Below, one piece after another: positions 42,854 through 56,000 of a stretch of DNA of 64,000 nt. A model generated the notes under the pieces. It saw nothing but the letters and a program-made list of their open reading frames with translations, was not told the DNA's origin and did no database searches. A program made the position numbers and the translations under genes. Each line of letters begins with the position of its first letter. Position 1 is the stretch's first letter. The stretch comes from Zygnema circumcarinatum SAG 698-1b (Eukaryota; Plantae; Zygnematophyceae), in NCBI GenBank assembly GCA_037447605.1, contig CM074807.1:4045004-4109003 (forward strand). Direction: 5' to 3'.

Positions 42854-45590
42854 TCAGGAAGACTTCTTACCACTGCTACTCGAACCCTTGGATGTTTTTC
42901 CTGCTTTAGTCGATGCCCCTCTTTTAGTCAGCCCTTCTTCAGATACCCCCACATTCGCTTTGCCCTCTTTTCCCTCTCCTGCCTTGTCTCCCGCCGCCTC
43001 CTCCTCCTCCTCCTTCTCCTTCACGAGGAGAGTCTCTCCTGCAGCCCCTTCAATAGCTCCCTCCGACGTACTCGATGGGGCCTCGGGACCGTACCCAAAC
43101 TCATTCACACGCTTCTTATCAACAGGGTAAATCCAACGCTGGTAGAGGTAGATGAGGAAAATCAAGTCTGCATTGAAAATTTCAGAGAAGAAACCGGCAT
43201 GAGTAAACAAAAACGCGCGAGGTTTCCGCTGAGAATTAGATGAGGGGTTGTGTTTGGTTCATTAGTTTTTCAGGAAAAAGGGAGGAGAGTGGATTCAAAG
43301 GGAGAAGTTGTGAACTAACCGTCACGGAAAACGGAAAGTCGGTGAAGAATGGGCATCTTGATGACAAAGGCAAAGAGGTCATCGATGATGGTGTTGAGAA
43401 ATTTATATGTCATTTGACGCCATGGGAGATGGGCCACAGACTTGAGCTTGTAATTGATGAAGAGCTGCGGACACATCATGATGAAACCTGCGGACAGAAA
43501 GTAAGACGAGAATTATTAACTTTAGCTGAAAGAGCAAAGGAGGTGTATCTGAATTCAGCAGATTGCAGATGCACCACTCGCTTCGAGTCAATAGTCGTGT
43601 GAGAGATATGACATCCACCCCCCTTCATTTCATTATTCGAGCCATACACTTCACTTGAAATTTTTTGAACTATTTGATCTGATAAAAAGCAGAACAGAGA
43701 TTAAACCATCCTCCTACATTTCCGTTTTCCCTGTAAAAGCAGACGAAGAGGGAGGAAGGGGGGGATGCAGAAGGTGAGGGAGGGAAGGAGATGCGGCGGG
43801 CGGGCGAGAGGAAGGGAGAGAGAGAGGAAGGGAGGGAAGGAGAGAGACGTACCAAATGTATAGACGCAGCCTGTGAGGGAGCCAAGAACCCACGAATACC
43901 AGCTTTTGTGGGTCTCATACATTAGCGAATAGACGGCGTAGCATGCAAGAAGAGGGTACAGCACATAGGAGAGATATTTCATAGCGATTTCATCATACTC
44001 CTTAGTCTTAGATTTCCCGTACGAATCACGGTCTCGGAATCGAAGCCAAGGAATCCGACCGCTACGATCAACCTGTCACAAACCCACCAAGTTAAAGGAG
44101 GGAGGAGGATTGAGTAATGGAAAAACATTTGATATAGGAAGTGTTGGAGCAATATACTTAGGATGCACAACCTTTCTTGGGTGTTCAATTTTACAGTACA
44201 GCGGCGGGTCTTTGGAAACGTTTCCGTAGACCCTATAGCCTTCAGCTTCATCACTGACTAGAATCGATGGAATAGCAAAGATAGCAGTGAGTGAGTGAGT
44301 GAGTGAGTGAGTGAGTTGTCCCCACCTCAATGTGCATCGCCTTTCCAATTTTCCAGAATTCAATACAAACTGAAACTCCGGAGCTCAGTATGATCATCCA
44401 ACTAGTCTCGTTATCCAGCAGGTAGAGGAAAATGACGAGTTGGCAGAAAAAGTTGATCACAACGGAGCGGGCAGACAAGCCTTCCATGGACTTATTCTGA
44501 TTCCAGAACTGGATATCTGGAAGCAGAAAAACACAGAATGCTGAGTTTTTCACATTCATCTGCAAGTTGGAAGTATGACGATTCTTAGGGGGTCTCAAAA
44601 TCCTGAAAATTTCTATACTACCTCTATGTTCTACCTCACAAGTTGGCAAATGTCATCTGAACCTTAAACTTTTTAAAAATCAAAGGCATGCATGCAGAGG
44701 GTAATTCGCTACCATACTTCAGTCAGGCCTATCCACTCTCTAAAAAGGACTGAAACTGCAACTGAAACTAAAAACTTAAGAAGAACAAAGATCTTCCTTT
44801 CCTTTACATAATTTCTCTCTCTGAGACACCACAGAGGACCAATAAGACCGCCTTTTAGTATAAAGTAGAAGCAAATGAGAAATTCAGCATGATCTTAAAA
44901 ACTCGTTGCAAAGTATCTTCCAAAGCAGAAGGGGCCCTAAGTACCATTTTTGAAGGTGAGAAAGTCAAAAACTGTGTGGAGGAGGGAGACTGCCATTGTG
45001 ATTCCGAGAAGAATGGGGTTGCCTTCCAAAAAGACGCGCTGGGGTTTTGCCATAAAGGCCATAGTCAATTGCCATCCCACCCAAACTCAACATCACTTTC
45101 TATTCAAACTGATGCCAACATACTGTCAATATCCTATTCTCCGTTTCTTTTGCATCATGTAACTGGCTCCCGTCAACAACAAATCTGACCCAATTTCAAT
45201 GCGGCAGATGCAGACAGCCTTTCAAACAGTTCGGACCAAGGGACCAATCACATGTTACGTCTATGCTTCTTATACCTCCGGTTTTCCCTCTCTCTCAAAG
45301 CTACACCATACCTTGATTTCGTCTGCTTCGCTCTCTAGAGCCCCAAGCGAGGTTTGTTGTATCTTGAACGATTGTTCCATGTTCACATAAAGCTGCCACT
45401 TCCATAGACTGAGCGGAGCCAAAGTCATGCTGAGAGACAGCTCATCCACAGTCTCATTCACCGGCATATACTTATCACGGAGAAGCCAAAATTCGGTTAT
45501 CACTGTGGTGGGATAATAATTGCCCGTTTCATAGTCAAAATTCATATCTGGCAGGTGGGTTCGGGTCAAGCTTTCACATGTGCTGTCTTC

Positions 45591-45653
<63 letters not shown>

Positions 45654-48164
45654 AAAGAGGGAGGCTGAGCGACCAGAACGAGACGGGGAAGGAGAGGGTG
45701 GGAGGGATAGGGAAGTGAGGAGGAAAAATGCATATAGAGAGCAGAGACTGAGTAAGAACAGAAAAATTGAACACCCTCTCAATTAGAGCGATGCATTGAA
45801 GAGTAAGAGACGATTTCACAGAATGCACGTGTAAAAGTCAAAGACGAAACTAACGGACTTAGTCAACAGTAGATGGCTGCTTCAAGGAGGATACGAGGCC
45901 GGATAGGCTCTGGAATTTGGCCTCGGGGATACCTGAAATAAACACGAACAAAAAGATAATATGAGCAGTCAGCAAAAGTACCGGCTTCGGAATAACAAGC
46001 CTTGGAAACAACGAGAGCAAAGAATCTGACATGTTTGGAAGGGTCCGGCGTCCCAACACCTTAACATACTTTGTGAAGTCTTCAACAAAGTTGATGGTCA
46101 AATTTGGCTTCCAATATGAAATAAATTCCCGTGGCAGTTCTTCCACCTCCTCCGCCTCCCCTTTCTTCGCTGCTGCTTCTGCAGCTGCCTACACACAGCC
46201 TCCCTCTCCCACCCTTATTAGACAGACTTGCCCCCTGCCCCCCAACCTCCCCCCTCTCCTTTCTCTGTGTCCGTGCGTGTGTCTGTTTCTCTCTATGATT
46301 CAAAGAGAATTCAACTTTCTGATTAACCTGAATTCAAATAATTTATCTGTTCTCATTCTGAACTTCAATGCGCAGAAGCTAGAGAACTCTGAAAATCAAA
46401 CAGCCCTGCCGCATAAAATTATCATATCAACCTTTTGACCGTAATCCTGTAATCCTGTGATGAAATCTCCAAGGCCCTAAAAAGCTAGCAAAATTAGACA
46501 TGCGAGGAGATTAACTCACATTTGCAGCTGCTCCTTCCTCTGTCAGACTTCCTCCGAGCAAATTTTTGCGGCGATCAACCTTTGGCCGTGGATAGTACGC
46601 AATCAAAGCTGCTCTATGGAACCCATTGATAAAAGGAAGAAACGAATCAAAAAAAAATGGGCGTAAGGAACAGGATGAGTTGCCTCGTCTAGCAAAAAGT
46701 CTTTAGCTCGTCATTTTGATGTGTATAATGGGAGAGAAAGGTTAAGGAAAGGGAGGAGGGGGGAGAGGGAGGGGGAGAAAGCAGTTCCATTCCCTAATAC
46801 CCCCAGTCTTTCTTTCAATTTCAGACACCTGGGTTTTCGTTCTGAGGGAAAGGAAACCTAAATTCCAAGGGCCTGATTTATTTTTCCAAAGGCCGAACAG
46901 ATAAGAAATTAATTCATGGCATCTGTGGTTTTCGTGTATCTGTTTGAATTTACTCTTCTGAGTGCAGAAGACTTAAGCTAAACTTCCATGCATAGAAAAG
47001 TTTATTTTTGGTTTTCGACGAAGTTGACTTACGGTGAGTCAATCGAAATGTCGATTGGCGATCGAATGTTGGGTCCTTTGGATCCGGCGAATATCCAGAG
47101 CGAGCAAAGAAAATGTGCGCAAAAAGCGTTCCGTTGTTCTGAACTGCCTGCGTTGACCATGGCATGAAAACAGTTTCAAATTTTTCAGGTTCACTGTTAA
47201 TTTTCAGGTTTACTGTTTTCACAAGCCTACTAGGGTTGGGGAGGAAAAGCCAGACAAGGCCAAATCCAGTGAATGAATTGAGAGCAAAAAAAGCAGACAA
47301 GCTAGAGCAGGCGAAAGAAGAGTAAAGGTCAATTCTGGAGCCTAGAGAACGAGAGAGGGAGAGAGAGGGGGGCCGAGATAGAAGAGGTAGTCATAACGAG
47401 GGAGATGGAGGGGAGGAAGGAGTTCAAAAATATTTAAATCTCGTTACCTTTGAAGGCGCATACGAGATTGACAGGCTCCTCTCTCCCTGGGAGCCATACG
47501 TTGCATACTTCACATTAGATTCCGTCCAAACAAGTGAACTTTCATCGTTGAAATTGGAGAATTCAGGGTCCTCCGCGAGATACACCCACATATCCTGCAA
47601 TGAAGCTCAGAATCACAGCAAAAAAAAAGAATATCAGGAACACTCTGAACGATCAGGAAACAGAGAAGAGCAGCCTGCAGAAGCTTATCCGATCTGCTCG
47701 ATCAATTGCCTTCTCCGATTCTGTTAAGGTGCAGGATCTAAGTGTGCGTTGTGATGCTTGAATAGCTGTCTGTCTGTCACAGCTATCCCCAATCCAAAAG
47801 TAATCACATCCAACGAAGCGTCCTGAATATCCAAAATAAGCAAAAATCGCAAGAGATCGTGATCTCTTGGAGAGCATGAAGCCACAGCCTCACGAAAAGC
47901 ACTGAAGCAGGTGCAGAAATATGTATAATATATATACTGCGCGTGCGTGAACGCTCGTACCAGCTCCTCCCCTTTGAGAAAGAGGTTGGCAGTGAGAAGA
48001 GCGGGGTCTTTCGGAGCCGGTTTTTTCCCGAAAAAATTAGTGATGAGGTACCAAAACATAACCATGCGGACGACTGTCATGATGGAGAAGCCCTGCTGCT
48101 GCGCCCCCCCCGCCTGCGGGGCGTTGGCACCCCCTTGAGGGGCCGCTGCCACCTGCCCCCTCAT
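42854..48164 (-). CDS. CLPTM1: CLPTM1 family membrane protein
   Basis: Multi-exon gene encoding VRMVMFWYLITNFF, VQNNGTLFAHIFFARSGY, ISYWKPNLTINFVED, YYPTTVITEFWLLRDKY, LSLWKWQLY, FLAFKNDIQFWN.NKSMEGLSARSV, CIEFWKIGKA, KYLSYVLYP..YETHKSWYSW and FLIYLYQRWIYPVDKKRVNEFG. Confidence 0.93.
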
Positions 48165-48182
48165 CGGAGCGAGAGAACTCCT

Positions 48183-48240
<58 letters not shown>

Positions 48241-48731
48241 AGCCGAGAGAAGAACCATTTTTTCGCAGAAACAGAGACAAATATCGGCGAGGAGGCATTG
48301 CGACGATCCGAGTAAAGTTCAGTATATCGTATACATATTCGTTTGAATATATCTCGATGTTTTCACGGTGACTTCAAAAAAAAAAAAAAACTTGAACAAT
48401 GTCCACTTTTTACATCTAATTTATAGAAATCAACAACTCCTACGCCTAGGCGTAGTTTTCCGCTCTTAGCTTCGTTCTATTGTGCTTAGGTCCTCTGCGA
48501 CCAGTCCCTTGTGGTTCCACATAATGCTTTTGTCCATGTACAATTGATGGCCTTGCCATATTGAGTTTAATGAAATTTTCCTTTTGAAATCAACAACTCT
48601 TTACGACGTTCATTTTGTTGTAGAACATATACAATACATTTAGAAATGAAATACAAAGGAAAGTAGAGGGCTGGGTTATTGTGCTCAGTTATGCCTTGTA
48701 CGATCTCATCTCACAAGTGAAAAATTCTCTC

Positions 48732-48792
<61 letters not shown>

Positions 48793-48816
48793 TCCTGTCT
48801 TCTCTGTCGTTTGCAG

Positions 48817-50849
48817 TCGGGCGATCAACAAAATATAGAAAAATACAGCAAGCGGGCAGTGAGGGTACGAACTCCCGCATCCTTGCAACAGAACATTCTC
48901 TTCTCCTTTGCTTCCCTACCTTCCTTCCTCCTCTCTCGTTCACTCGTTTTCCACACTCTCCTGCTCTCCCAGCCTCCCTCGCTCCTTTTTCTTGAGCACG
49001 TTTGTGTCATACTTCTAAGGGGATCATTGGGATTCTTAATTAACTGTACCTGAAACAAAGCAAAACTTGGTACATATCGAAATCGAGACTGTTTGACTGT
49101 ATGGAAAATAGTGTGTCACGTCGTGTTTCAGGTCACAGAGCAGCACAATGAAGACTGTCGAAAACTCCTCCGCCTTATGGGAGTCCCTGTCATTGAGGTG
49201 TGGCCTCAACTCTACTCACTGGAAGAACTCACGTTATGCCACTCTTCAATAAGCTGGTCCATAGTAAAATGCAGGAGCTTTTTTGCATTTTCACCTATGC
49301 CTTCAAAGCGAGCAACGAGTACATTCCCTGCTGAGTAAGTCATTAAGGGAGAGAAATCGAAATTTGGAGCTAATGAAAACTTCAATTCATGCCGTACTTG
49401 TGGTCTCGATAGCGGAAAACGCGCAGAGGGTTTTAAGGGATTGCCGTACTTGTTACAGGCTCCTTCTGAAGCCGAAGCGGAATGCGCCGCCATCTGCAAA
49501 GCGGGGAAGGCAAGTGATGGAACTTTTTTTCTCTTTCATACAGCTATTTGCTCGTTTTGCCCTTCCCAACCTTTATGCTGCATGGCTTTCAAGGTTTGAG
49601 ATGGCAGCACTCCATCATGTAACGCATCACTAATCTGAAGGGATTATTGGAAAAATTCTAATAGGACACTGACGTGAGTCTCGAAAGCATGTGGGCAGGT
49701 GTGCAGGTTTATGCAGTCGCATCGGAAGACATGGATTCGCTTACTTTCGGAGCTCCAATTTTTCTACGACATCTCATGGAGCCTTCCAGTAGAAAGATTC
49801 CGGTTATGGAGTTTGAAGTGACGAAGGTAAGGCTTCTGTCTACATCTCTCGTTTTCTCTCTCTCTCTTTCAATCCCTGCCCGGCTTACCTCTGCTTTCAC
49901 TGTGGTCTTCACGAGGGGATGCAGGTTCTTGAAGGTCTGCAGCTGAGCATGGATCAGTTCGTGGATCTCTGCATTCTATGTGGTTGTGATTATTGTGAGA
50001 CCATTCCTAGTGAGTATCTTGGATATGCCCATCACCAGTCGACATGCATGCTCTTGTCGAACCATGCATTGTTGTGAGCAACTGCAGAGGTTGGATGTTG
50101 ATGACCTGTGCAATTGTGTCTTTATCAGTGAATCTAAAAAAATGCCAGCTACTTACTAACAGGTAATAGCCGGCTTACATGGGTTCAGAGATCGGTCCTC
50201 AGACGGCGTTGAAGCTCATTCGCCAGCACGGTAACTTAGAGAGCGTTCTGCAGTCTTTAGACCGGGGAAGGTGAGTCTATGTCTATTCTTTTGCGTCGTT
50301 CAGGTCTTGGTTTCATACAAAAGTCGTTTCTTCCGTGGACTAGTGAGTCCTCAGTATTGGGACAAAGGTAGCCTAGCTAGCGTTTTCTGATGTTTTCAGT
50401 GCTTACACTCTTGTTATATTTGTGGTTTGTTGGTGCTGAAGGTACACCATACCAGACCCTTGGCCTTATGAAGAAGCTCGGACTCTGTTCAAGAGCCCTC
50501 TTGTGACTCCTCCTGAAGAATACGGAGACTTCAAGTGGTCCAATCCTGATGAAGAGGTGACTCAGATTGCTTCGTCTTGCCTTATCCTTCCTTTACTTTC
50601 CTCTTCATAGTCTGCGACGAAGCAAACCCTAACCTCCATTCTATCACCGCATTCAGTCCCCCTATCCTTGGCAGTCCCCCTCTCGGTTTTTCATTCCTAT
50701 CATTGACTAGGTATTGGAAAACTATTCTTTGATTGGCTGGACGCTAAACCTTTGAGCACGTTTACAGCTTTATTTTCGGCTTGAAAACTGCAGGGTCTGA
50801 AAAAGTTCTGGTGGAAGAAAATGAGTTTAACTTTGAACGTATAACCAAG
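48817..50849 (+). pseudogene. FEN1: Internal fragment of flap endonuclease 1 (XPG-I + H3TH), lacking the XPG-N domain and PCNA-binding tail, with a 1-nt frameshift
   Basis: Spliced exons encode SGDQQNIEKYSKRAVR / VTEQHNEDCRKLLRLMGVPVIE / APSEAEAECAAICKAGK (GC donor at 49510) / [15 protein letters not shown] / [12 protein letters not shown] / IGPQTALKLIRQHG / [10 protein letters not shown]. The last exon, ggtctgaaaaagttctggtggaagaa (about 50794-50849), is 1 nt short of GLxKFLVEEN. I found no MGIKGL..DAS exons in the 650 bp up to the CLPTM1 start. Confidence 0.8.
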
Positions 50850-50921
50850 GTAAACTTTCGGTGTGTTCTTCAAGTCTTTGCCTTCACATTTAACAAAGCG
50901 CAAAGTGATGACATAATGCAG

Positions 50922-51934
50922 GTCCTTTGATATTTTGAAAATGGTCGCCTTTACATGGTGCATTTTGACTTATTTGATGACGGAGGCAGAGCGAAGGTGC
51001 TACAATTATTCATGCATTCGCTCTATCGATGCAAGAAAGGCTTGCACGAAGGCGCACACTAATGGGAACCTCGTTGCTGTAGGTGGGTATCTCGCTTCCG
51101 AGCATGAATTTTACGGGATTAAAAAAAGTGGGCATGCAAGCAATGCTGTCTATTGCTAAGCTTTTCGAAACTCCTGTCGGAAGCAAGGAGATATTAAGCG
51201 GTGAGATTGTTTGTGAAGCAGTTGCTGCTCTTTTTGGGCTCCTGCTGCCTCTCAATGTCAATGTATGTTCAACCTTTGTGTGCAGACACATCAGCGCTGC
51301 AAGCTCTTCTCCCGGGGTACGTGATTCTTCAACTTCCAAACAGGTCTTGCAACTGCTGATAGTGGTAACCTCTGGCTGTGTGCTGAAGTTTGAACAATCC
51401 TTTCAGCGGCCAATGCTGGCTCGTAGAGCAGCAGACCATAAGGGAACTCCTTTAAGATTCTCATGGTATTGCGTATTTTTTCAGTCTAACTTGAAGTGTA
51501 CCTTATCAACATGCACGGGGTTCTTCGTCTTTCTTTGTAACTATTGCTGCTATTCGTTATGTCAACTTGACTCCACAATGGTCAATATTTTCAAAGGGTT
51601 GACTACTCCGTTTCGTCTTCATGGTCCTTTCAGGCACGTGTTGGTGGAGGCGTATCTTGTGCGAAACAGGAATGTCGAAGGTACCTACTTTTCATGCCTT
51701 AACTGAATGACAACATCGAGCAGAGCTTCAGGGCTGTCGATGCCCAAAGGTGCCGTGGGAACTTTGTTCCTAGTCCATGAACTTCCGGCGTTGCATTCAC
51801 ACGAGAGGCTCATGTTTCATGGTACCAAGCACCATCACCTTGTCAGCATCATTGACAATGGATTCGACGTGGGGAAGACAAGATCCGGTCTATATTTTGC
51901 ATATGACGCAAGTACTTCACATGGCTATACCGAT
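50922..51934 (+). pseudogene. PARP/ART catalytic-like domain exons with in-frame TGA stops
   Basis: The exon at 51634-51934 encodes HVLVEAYLVRNRNVEGTYFSCLN*M...ERLMFHGTKHHHLVSIIDNGFD...GLYFAYDASTSHGYTD, which carries the H and Y of the ART H-Y-E motif (FHGT, GLYFA). TGA at 51704-51706. Upstream exons 50922-50996 (TGA at 50928-50930), 51083-51200 and 51286-51343 are phase-compatible. Confidence 0.65.
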
Positions 51935-52582
51935 GTAAGAGGGAGGTCACACCTCTTTTCATCCATTTGGTTGGTCTTTAGTGCTTCTGCAAGTGGGCCT
52001 GCGAATAATATTTTAGCATATAGCGGCACATGGAAAGGGGCAGTATCGGTTGAGAGTGGCCATATTGTACTGACATTTCAGAACCGGTGTGCCCGATATT
52101 GACATATTGCAGATATATTTACCTCGATATATTGACACCGGGATGCTTCGATATAATCGATATATCTTTCGTATTGCTTGTACGAAAGCGGATTGGGGGA
52201 CTCGGCACTCCGTTCAACTTCGAACGCTTAACTGTCCCCTGCCTCAGCCTACGGCCAATAGGTGTTCTGAATTTTGCATGGGATATGCTCACAAGCGCAA
52301 TGCAGGCCTTCTACCATCAGCCTACTCCGCTTGTTGAGCCTGCTCTCTCATCCATCCATGGCTGCTTCTTGGCCGAGCACTCGCTGTAGCTGCCAATCTC
52401 ACACAACCCCATTTACTTGAGTTCAATGCTCTCTTTCTTTTTTGTTTCCATGGCATTGCCATCGCGAGCTTTGCTTTATGATGAAGACTCCCTCCGCCCT
52501 CCCTTCCCTCGGTCCTTTTTTATCTCACCCCACCCTCACAAACTCTACCTTCAATCAGAACCAGCTCCCATCGAATAGATTA

Positions 52583-52640
52583 AAACCGAAACCGAAACCG
52601 GAACCGAAACCGAAACCGACACCAACACCGAAACCGAAAC
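52583..52640 (+). repeat. (AAACCG)n hexamer repeat
   Basis: About 9-10 imperfect units are directly visible. Confidence 0.85.
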
Positions 52641-53091
52641 GTGCATAGTTTTTTTCAAGGGGTCCAAAATGTCTGGAGGCGAGGTCATATTCGAGGTCAT
52701 TTGTCCATCTCGCATCATCATCATATTGCCGCGTGGGAGGCATGGGAGGCAAAGCTCTACGAGTGAAAAACTTTGGAACAAAATTGCTTTTGACTGTGTC
52801 CTTCTCCTGCGCAGGTATTGCCGAGTGCTTCGCATACACACTGAAACTAATGGTACCCTCCTTTACCTATAGGAAAGGTCATCTTGAGCTCTATGTATCG
52901 ATAAAATTATCCATCAAAAGAATCGTCCATAACTTAGACACTAAAAGTTGTGCCAACTTGAATAGTTTCTCTCTCGCCCACTCCCCCCTCTCTCTGTCTC
53001 TTTCTCCCCACACACCTCCCTCTCTCTCTGTCTCCCTCTCTCTCTCGCACATTTGTCTTCCTATCCTCTTGTCTGCAAACCGTTGGCCAGC

Positions 53092-56000
53092 TCACGCCAC
53101 AAATGGTGCAAACACACAGCTTGAGTTGTGACCTCCAAATCCGAACGAGTTGGAAATTGCTGCAACGTTCAAATGGGAAGGAAATGAGAGGGAAAGGAAC
53201 AGGAGAGGGAGCGAAAAAAGGATGAGCATTGCAGGAAACGGGGAGGAAGGAGGTCGGGCAGCATAGCAAAGGAGAGAAAGGGGATAGCGGCACAGGCGAG
53301 GAATGAGGAAAGTATTACAGGCAAACGAAGCACTGTGGTACAGGATCCGAGTATGCATAGGAAACGACAAGGCGTTGCTAAGTGGCAAGCAGGTCACATA
53401 AACATACCAACATGGACTTCATGTTGTTTCTTCTCGTTCGGCACAGTGTCATATGTCACGGCATCCTCCAGGTCCTGAATCTCGCCCATCCCCATCCGGC
53501 AGTTTAACAGCACAAGTGACCAGTCAAAGATGAGGACAAAATGGTCACAAAGATGAGAAGACAACCTCAGCAAGTAATGCCAACCTTAAAGAAAGTCTTG
53601 GTCAGGCACAGAGATAAGCAGACTTCGCTTCATAGTCTTCAGTCTCTCACCCACACAAAAACGGGTGAGAGAGCAACAGGGCACAAATACCTTGTAGGAG
53701 AGCACACTTTTCGAACAGCATAGCCAGATTATTTAATTAGTGACAAGTTCGCTATCCACATAGAACATAAGGAGATCCTAAACGTGCAAACACAGTTGAA
53801 AATACAACTCACAAACACTCACAAATTGGTTGAGGCTCGGATGAAGCCAGCCGGTTGTGATGGCTTTGATGGTTGCGATGGCCTCCAGGCCACCCGCCGC
53901 TCCAAGGCAGTGGCCAATCATAGACTGCCACATACCACGCAGACAACGCACTCAAGACCGTTACGAAAATTAAATTCAGACAGAGAGGCTCGGAATGAAA
54001 ACCACCATCATACAATGAGCTCCACATATCCATCTTGGGAGAATTGTCAACGTAAATGACCACTTTGCTTGGTACTGCTCCGTATTTTACCTTCGTTGCA
54101 TTCATCTTGATATCTTTGGACTCCTCTCCAAACACGAGCTTTGTAGCCCTCACTTCTGCCAAGTCTCCAACAATAGTTGAAGTCGCATGTGCGTTGATAT
54201 AGTTCACCTGCGCCAAAGTGAAAACGTCTTCAGTGGGTATCTTCCACATCAGCTTAACCTTCTTCTTCCGTTAAGTGCAAGCAGGAAGTCGGACAAAGGA
54301 AAAGGATACAAATAAGGGAAAGTTGACGGATTTGCCATCCTATCCTAGCAAAGAAAAGAGGTTACGTTCAGTGTGGGGCCTGCCAAAAACTGGAAAACAT
54401 TGCTCAGGCTCACTTGGTCAGAATAGCACAAGTGTGGAGCAATTGGTTGGCCCTTCAGAAGATTACAATCATCGCATAGCTAGAACCTGCATTGTCCCAT
54501 GGAGTCCTTAGTACGAGCCATGTACCTCTTCCGGTGCCACCCCGGCATCTTCTAATGCCTTCTCAATGCAGGAAGACACACCGAGACCTTCGGGATGGGG
54601 ATCGGTAATGTGATGGGCATCACACGTTACAGCTCCTCCAAGATATTCACAAATGATCGGAACACCTCGCTTCTGTGCACTTTCCAAACTTTCCATCACC
54701 TGCATTTGCATCCAAGAACTAGGGAAAGACCATCAGGAAAAATTTGATGCCGGTCTTGCAAAATGACGGAACCGACTAATCACCGTAGGTGAAAGCTTTG
54801 GCCACTTCCTGCAGTTTTCACCTCTTTCGCCTGCACTGAGTTTGTACCATCACTAAACGGCCCTGTGACGTAGATTCCTTAGGTGTGTGTAAAACATTTT
54901 GCAGACTTGCTTCGTTTTCAAGTTTTAAACACTATTGGATATGACAGCACTCGTGAACTGGGGAAGCTAGGAAATCCCAAGCGCCTTCAACCATTTGAAC
55001 ATTAAAATGACAAAATACTTAGTTAGTATAACTATATTTGCTTTGTCCTTTGTGGACAGTGACCAACAGTCATCCCAACTATATAAATCTCCTCACAGGA
55101 TGTTTTATATGCAGTACGAAATCCGGCAGAGTAGTTCAGTCCATTTTGTCACATTTATGCCCCACTTTTGTAAACTCGTGCACGGATATTGTGTGCGACT
55201 ACTAGCATCGTTGAAGTTCATTAAACTATGAAATATACACACAAAAAATAAACCTGGTCCTGGAGATTTCCCAGACCTAGCCGCTGCAACAGATGATCTG
55301 TGGGTCGTAATCATGCTCTTAGTGGTTCTTCCCGATTTTAAGAATTATGACCTGTAGTTCAGACTTTGGGATGGTGCACTGTTGAAGCGGTCACTCTGCC
55401 TTCACGTCCTCTACTCTCCCGCAGCTCACTAACATACCATCGCCCTCACACTCCCTAACCCCCTCCTTCAGTCTCGCTCTCATTTCTTTGCCCTCCGCAC
55501 ATACCTCGTTATTGTTCTTCCCTTTCTCTCATTTTCCCTACCCCCTCCCCGTCCCCCTTCTTCCTTTCCCTAATGTCTGAGGTAGGTGCTTCTAAGCATG
55601 GAATAGCTGCGGTAGAAACTTTTCAGTGGACACTGTATTTAGTTCATGTAGAGGAAGCAGAAAACTGGTGGAGAGCATTTTCTGGTGAGAAAACTTACCA
55701 ACACGCCACAGCCTTCCCCCATGACGAATCCTTCTCTCTGTTTATCCCAGGGACGGGAAGCTGTCTTTGGATCATCATTCCGAGACGAGAGGGCTCTGCA
55801 GGCAACGAAGCCTCCAAGGCCAATTGGAATAATTGCAGCTTCAGCTCCTCCAGCAATCATAATGTCAGCTTCCCCTCTGCATAATGGGAAGCAAACAAAC
55901 ATATGTCAGAAGACCACGAGTTTAAAAGACACAAGTAGTCTACATGAATAACATCCTGAGGCCGTGACATTACCTGCGAATGTGACTTGCTGCAGCGACG

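Noticed and set aside
52089-52872. Downstream exons completing the PARP-like domain (including a catalytic Glu)
   Set aside because: Candidate exons (e.g. GGEVIFEVICPSRII) are ambiguous in frame and similarity, so they are not supportable without an HMM.
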